Part shown: one piece after another, positions 58,094 to 64,000 of the stretch
Layout: the number at the start of each line of letters is the position of its first letter
Position numbering within the stretch: position 1 is the first letter of the stretch
Source: Neodothiora populina
Taxonomy: Eukaryota
Reading direction: 5' to 3'
Length of the DNA: 64,000 nucleotides
Assembly: GCF_041146345.1 (NCBI RefSeq)
Contig: NW_027191415.1
Coordinates: 496,001-560,000 of the forward strand
Position numbers and translations under genes: made by a program
Notes under the pieces: model-generated
Seen by the model: the letters and a program-made list of their open reading frames with translations, nothing else
Database searches by the model: none
Told to the model about the DNA's origin: nothing

Positions 58094-60018
58094 CTCGCCG
58101 CTTAATATTGATGGTATAGCCAACGAGTTTTTTGGTGTGTCGATTGATTGAGATTGTCTGCTAATGTGTTCTACGGCAACAGCTGATACGGTTTGTTGTC
58201 GTACTGCGTATCCTGTAGTGGTGGTATATCTTCTGCGATGGCAACGTGGAGCAGAGTAATGGATCCGTGGGGAAGGAGCAGTATATGGGATTGGAGTAAG
58301 AATGGAAGGTGAGGAGAACCTGAACAGCGAGTTATGACTGCTTGAGGGTGACGGAACAATGATATCCGCAGCTTGGATAATGCCACAAGTACAAGGATCG
58401 CCGTTCTTCCTGATTCCCGAAGGCTCGTTTTCCTCAGCGGACCCATTAATATCGACATTATCATTCTGCTTATCCCCAGTGGCTGCCCTCAACCCCGCAT
58501 CACTGCTGTCCGGCGTGGAGCTTTGGAGGGGCAAGAGGGGCTCCACCGTCGGTCCCCTACGCCGATCAGCGCTGGTCTGTGGAACCTGGCGACGATACCG
58601 CCGATCCGTCCAAAGCTGGCGGCATTCCTGATGCGGAAGCACCGCCGAGCAAGATTTTCGAGGTCGGTGGGACAGAGGAGAGCACTGGAAAATGTTCCCA
58701 CACCACGGCCGCATGTGCTTGTCAATCAATCCCATGTTCAATTGGTGTCATTCCAGGCCATGAACGTATCTTACCTATTCCAGGCCCATGGCGCTTAGGA
58801 TGTTCGAGGTATACAAAGCGAGAAGAGAGTCCTGTTCTACTGAGAAAATCCACGATGCTATCGCAATAAGCGTGAGCATTGACGGTAAAATCCAGGGTCA
58901 CTTCACTAAACTGCTGTACGGCTATCAATAGTCATTTAAGAACGCATATCTTGTCAGATGAACAATATCTAAGGCAGCGGTATGCAAGGCTGTCTCCAGC
59001 CGGGATGGCGATTACAAAGTGTCTACTTGCTTCCAGTTCAGAGGTGAATAGGGATCTGATGGACAAAACGAATAGTCCAACAGGCAAAAAGTAAGGATTG
59101 TAGAGAATATGGCGTATGTTCCGTGCCTTGTATACCAGGTAGCAAGGTGTTCATCGTCCGGTGCGCAAAGGACCTTCTTGTGTCTTCAGTCTTCTGTTTG
59201 GTACTTACTGTATTGTGAGATTAATTGGATTATTTATGATCTACGCCAGTCATGCCGTAGTCCTGCGAGATATGATGCACCGAGTACAGAGTATTGGTAT
59301 CAAAATTGCCTCTAGCAATCAATCTTAATAGCCTTCTTCGATGTACTACGGTTGATGATGACTCTAGGTGTGCTGGATAAACATATGCTTTGTCCGACTC
59401 GAGCTTTTACGTCTGTGATATCGTATAGACCAGCTGTGTCGGTGGATCGGATGGAATTGTACATCACCTTGTGTAAAGCAGGACGTTGGTCCATGCTAGC
59501 ACAAGTCTCGGCAGGCTTTATGTGCCAGGCACTGTGCAGCAGTATAAAAGCTTGGTATTCCAGAAACGCGCTAAGTCGGCAGATGAGGTCAGGGCAATCT
59601 TCAATGTGTTAGATGTCGATCCAAGCACGCGCTGTGCGCGCTGGATGAGCGCGTCTTTAGAGTCCAGACACGCTGCGCTACCAACAACGAATAATCTATC
59701 AATTACGGACTGCGGTGCGGTAGATGCAAAGACCATCTCTTCCCACCAACCACTTTCTCCGCATATTCATCGCTGCTCTTGCACCAATGAACTGCTTGCT
59801 GACACTCATTTCTTATACTCTCTTGTCAATCATCCCTTCCTACTCACGCGTGACTTCCCTTTCTTCGTCTCTATCAATCTCTAATTTCCCTTCGCTTTGC
59901 TCGCCAGGCATGCCGTAGCACTTGACTAGCCGTTTTTGCCGGTAGCCCTCTAATATCCCGGCAGTCCTGCCTCTGCCACATCTCCTCGTCATCACTATAC
60001 CGTCTCGTTGAGGCAGAC

Positions 60019-63000
60019 ATGACTTCTCCAGCTTCGTTCACTCCAGACATGGAGTCTGCCCAGTCCCCAGGCAGTATGTTCGGAGACATCCCGACGCGTC
60101 CTATGCGAGGTAGGTCCAGCTTCTGATCATGTTCTGATCCGCAATTGCCTTGAGGACGCGCTAATCGACGTGATTACTCTGCAGTCAAGATACTCTACAC
60201 CTTCGACAACGAGAACAAAACCAACTGTCTAGCAAGGTTTCCCGAAGTGCTTCATATCCCTACCGTGTCGATCGAGGAAACCACACAGATCGGTGTCATT
60301 GAACTACGAAAATGTATCCAGGCCATTGTCTCTGCCAGTCCGGAACTGCTATCTCGACTCAACCAGGGCGACTTCACCATCTATGCCTACGACTACTCCG
60401 AATACGAAACGCCGCTCGTCGGGCAAGGCATGCTTTCTTCTGCTTTAGCCGCCGTGTCACCGACTCCCAATGCTCCAGCACACCAGTCCAAGACGATGAT
60501 CACTGGCCGCGTGTGCCAAAACGTCATGGGCCTCTTCTCTAATGGTGTCAAGGAGACCCTCGAGGTCAAGCTACGACTCGTCCCCGTGCCCAGGCCAGTT
60601 CAGAGCGAGTACGTCAAGAGTATGGAAATGTACCGTGGCATCAGCCCTGCCATGTCTGCCGGCTTCGATCCCAATGCCTGGTCCGCCTCCTTTCAAGCAT
60701 CTGCCTTATCTCTTGGCGCCCCGTTTGAGGAGGTTTCCACCCCAACGTCAGTGCGGAACGACGCCCTCGACGCCAACGCCTTTGATGCCCAGAGCATGAT
60801 GCAATACCACCAACGACCCCGTCAAGGTTCCACTGCGAGCTTCCAAGATCAACCATCTTTCTCGACGCAGAACCAGTCCTATGCCGGACCCATCAGTCGT
60901 GTCAACAGTCCCGCTTTGTCCCAATATGGGCCCCAACCGACCCACGCGAGATCCTTGTCACGTGCTTCTGTCAGAAGTGACCGGTCAGCTAGGAGGAGGG
61001 AATCATTCAATGAGAACGAGCAGAATCAGGAAGAGGGTCCGGCCAGGAAGAGAGTCAAGGTCACCCAGACTGAATGGAGGGGCAAGTCTGCTTTTGGCGG
61101 CAATCCTTCCGATCTTCGCGTCACCGCCAGTACCGCAGCGTCAATCCGCATCCACAAGCCGGTGCCGACTCGTCCAGGCATGACCAGCTTCAACTCCCTC
61201 GAGCCGCCGCCCAGGGCTCCCACTCCAGTCCCGCAACTGAATCCAAATACGAATCGACAGGGTTCTTTCCTTCGCCGCGAGTCTACACTTGCGAGAGCGC
61301 AATCATACAATTCGCCCTACAGTCAGCCGGTCGACATGCCTACTCATTCCGATGCCGCCATGAGCTCTCCAGAGGACAACGTGCGTAACGGTAGTCCCGC
61401 CGATATGCCTTCGTCTCCGCCCATGATGCCTGACCCCTCGAGCCCGGGCCTGCCCACCATGTTGTCGTTTCCCAAACCCATGATGGACTCGGGCTACATG
61501 AGCTCGGCCTTCGATTGCCATGATGACGACGAGGATCGGGAGGTGGATGAAGAGGACCTACAGATGGCCCAGCGCTACAAGTCAAGGGAACCTCGGCCTC
61601 AGATGCTATATTCTGATTTCATCGAACAAACTCCTGGCCCGCCTGATCTCCTGCCACAGAGGATGCACGTGTCCCAGAGCAGGAGCGCACAAGATGCCGC
61701 CGCCGAACTATCTCGCCAAAAGGCACGTAATGCAGTGTTACCTCCCTCTGAGCGCAGAGCATCCATAGCCCTACCACCCAAGCAGAAAGAAAAGTCGCAG
61801 GAGAAGTCGAGCTTCGAGAAGCCACCTCTCAACCGCGCAAGCACTACGCTGAGATCAGAGGCGGCGTCCCCTGCTCCAACAGACGATGGCCTCTTACCCA
61901 AGGCACCTCGTAGCGGTTCTGGCGCCAAGAGGAAGAAGACCATCGCTGACAAGCTGGTGCAAGCCATCGCACAAGGCGAACTTCCGGCCTATTGTGGCCA
62001 CTGTGGGTCTATCGAGACGCCGACATGGCGCGCACTTTTCACAAAGGTAATTGTGGGATCCCCTGACCAGCTCGGACCAGAGCTTGACGGGGTGACGATG
62101 GGCACAGAAATCATCGAACGTGACGATCAAACAGGCCAGATCAAGAAATATCGTATAATCAAGTCGACACGCAAGGGTAAAGATCCAATGGAGGTTCATG
62201 GATATGACACCCTTCAGGTCTGCAATCGTAGGTCACACTTGTACCTTTAGAGTGAAACTACAACTGACGAATATAGCTTGTGGCCTGTGGTTCAACAAAT
62301 ACAAGGTCATGCGTCCCGCGGATAAGTGGAACAAGAAGGCGGGCAAGGGCAGAAGGCGCAAGACCGAGACCGATCCCAACGGTCCTTCGGAACCGCAGTC
62401 TGATTTCCCTCAATCCGACTTTCCGCAATCTGACTTCTTCTGCGATCCGCCATCCACGACCTATACGGAGGCGGCCCCGGCAGAGGAGCCGGATATCAAC
62501 AACAGGTGCGATGATCTGCGAGAAGTACCTGAAGCCCCTCAGCCTGCAATTCATAAGAGGGCAAACAGTGAGCAGCCTGCGCAAAGATCTACGCAGTCAG
62601 AAAATCAATGGACCCATTCAAACCTCGATGCAGCCCTTCATCGCGCGATCCAGTCCAGTCCCGCGGGCCGTAGCTTTCTAGGTACCCAGGAATCGCCCAT
62701 CGATCTAGCCGCCGAAGACTTGACACCAAAGCCAACTCGACGTCTGCTCTTCCCATCACCACGCAACTCGAAACACAAGACTCTCGATGACACCGCTCTT
62801 CCCGGCTCAAAGCCACCAAGTGGCACCATTATTGAGGTCGCCAACGTCGAGGATCCATGCCTGGCGGACAAGGAGAACATGCCTCCCCCAGCAGCGGGCG
62901 AAGACAACGATGACCTGGCACACCTCTTCGAGTGCTCCCCGGGTATGTTCAGAAGTCCAGGCGCTGCTCGCAAGTCGACACCTAGCAAGAACCTTCAGAA

Positions 63001-63535
63001 GACTCCTCGTGTTGGCCCAGGTAGCTTCGATGATCTGCTCAAGACGCCTACTCCGAATCGCAGCAGTCTCAAGACTCTGAGCTCAAATGCACGACAGGCT
63101 TTCACTCCGCGCACTTGCTCGAACGGCAACAATGTCGGTGCCTTTCTGCCAACGTTCACCTCTGCGGAGAAGCAGAGCTACGGTCTCTCGCCTCGCCTCC
63201 CTGCCACACCAAGTCGGTTCGCCAATCTGTCGTCTCCCTCGAGAGCGAACAAGGGCGAGATGACGCCATTCACGCGACAACTGACACAGCTATTGAGCGA
63301 AAACGGCGGCAGCGGCGCGAGTCCCGGCAGAGGAATAGCGTTCGACTTTTCCGACCTTGGCTCCTTCATGAGCCCCGGACGTGGACTGGACTTCGATAAG
63401 ATGGAGTTCAATATGCACGACTTTGACGGTATGGACTTCAGCATGGCGGTCAAGCACGATGACGACGGCGCGGGTCAGGCGGGTGGGGTCAGTATTGCAG
63501 CGACCATCGAAGGAGAGCAGGAGACTTCGGAGTGA
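60019..63535 (+). CDS. Ams2/Spt21-like GATA-type transcription factor; introns 60110-60184 and 62228-62276
   Basis: N-terminal RPMR|VKILYTFD..NCLAR..IGVIELRKCI..DYSEYETPLVGQG domain; GATA-like finger CGHCGSIETPTWR...CNP|CGLWFNK; TPKPTRRLLFPSPR. Confidence 0.88.
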
Positions 63536-64000
63536 ACGAAGTGGGCCCCCGGGCGAGTAATGGCTTTGATACTATGGGATGATTTTGACGCTGGACACGA
63601 ATTATGGCATCGTCGGTAGGGGATATGGAATATGCATACAATAGTACACATTGTGTATTTGGGATTGTGTCGGTAATTACATGGCTGGCCGAATGGGGCC
63701 ATGGTGGTTATCAGGGCAAGATTGGTAAGGTAGACAGGGCATTTCAAGAAGGTAAGACAAGTTGCCCTGCCCGGGCTTCGCTGTTTGTACTGTACCTTAG
63801 TTGTAGTTGTAGCAATAATAACAATAAGAAGACTTCCGGCGTATCAATGAAGCTGTCTCTGTCTGTCAATGATGCTTCTTCTGATTGAGAACCAGTACTC
63901 CTTACCAAGTAGAGCAGGTACCCGAGGTACAAGTAAGGTAAGGTAGTAATTTATCTTGGCAGTCGAGTGGGAAATCGGGCGGCGAGAGATGTGGACATGG

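Noticed and set aside
1..64000. CRISPR arrays, intact transposons, rRNA/snRNA genes, TPP riboswitch, stop-codon readthrough PTS1 extensions
   Set aside because: Looked for by eye and not found. Readthrough frames after DAK1, ADH and the Gfo/Idh gene gave no SKL-like ending in the stretch I read. An Rfam/RepeatMasker scan would be needed to exclude divergent cases.

Overview
Gene-dense segment of a filamentous ascomycete (Pezizomycotina, Dothideomycete-like by inference) chromosome. Introns are mostly short and spliceosomal (GT..CTRAC..YAG). I support 23 protein-coding genes and one intron-containing tRNA-Ser(CGA). Recognisable genes: PI-specific phospholipase C, CGR1, an ornithine-type mitochondrial carrier, a GPI cell-wall protein, RIM15 kinase, RPB4, cyanase, a Gfo/Idh/MocA oxidoreductase, a Zn alcohol dehydrogenase, a Ybp1-like protein, a WDR44/Dgr2-like WD40 protein, RNR2, a DUF1749 esterase, dihydroxyacetone kinase and an Ams2/Spt21-type GATA factor. 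I found no intact transposon, CRISPR array, rRNA or secondary-metabolite cluster, and no multi-gene novel system that I can support. The best new observations are small-scale: an 80-aa spliced Zn-ribbon microprotein that the ORF track catches only in part; a long orphan ORF with repeated clathrin-box-like motifs; two GC-AG introns; MCB elements concentrated inside RNR2 introns; SreA-type ATCAGATAA sites near two siderophore-related gene families, one lying inside the tRNA gene; uORFs ahead of RIM15 and the ornithine carrier; and an unusually long PLC intron with an internal AG|GT. All family assignments come from recognising motifs by eye, not from database searches.
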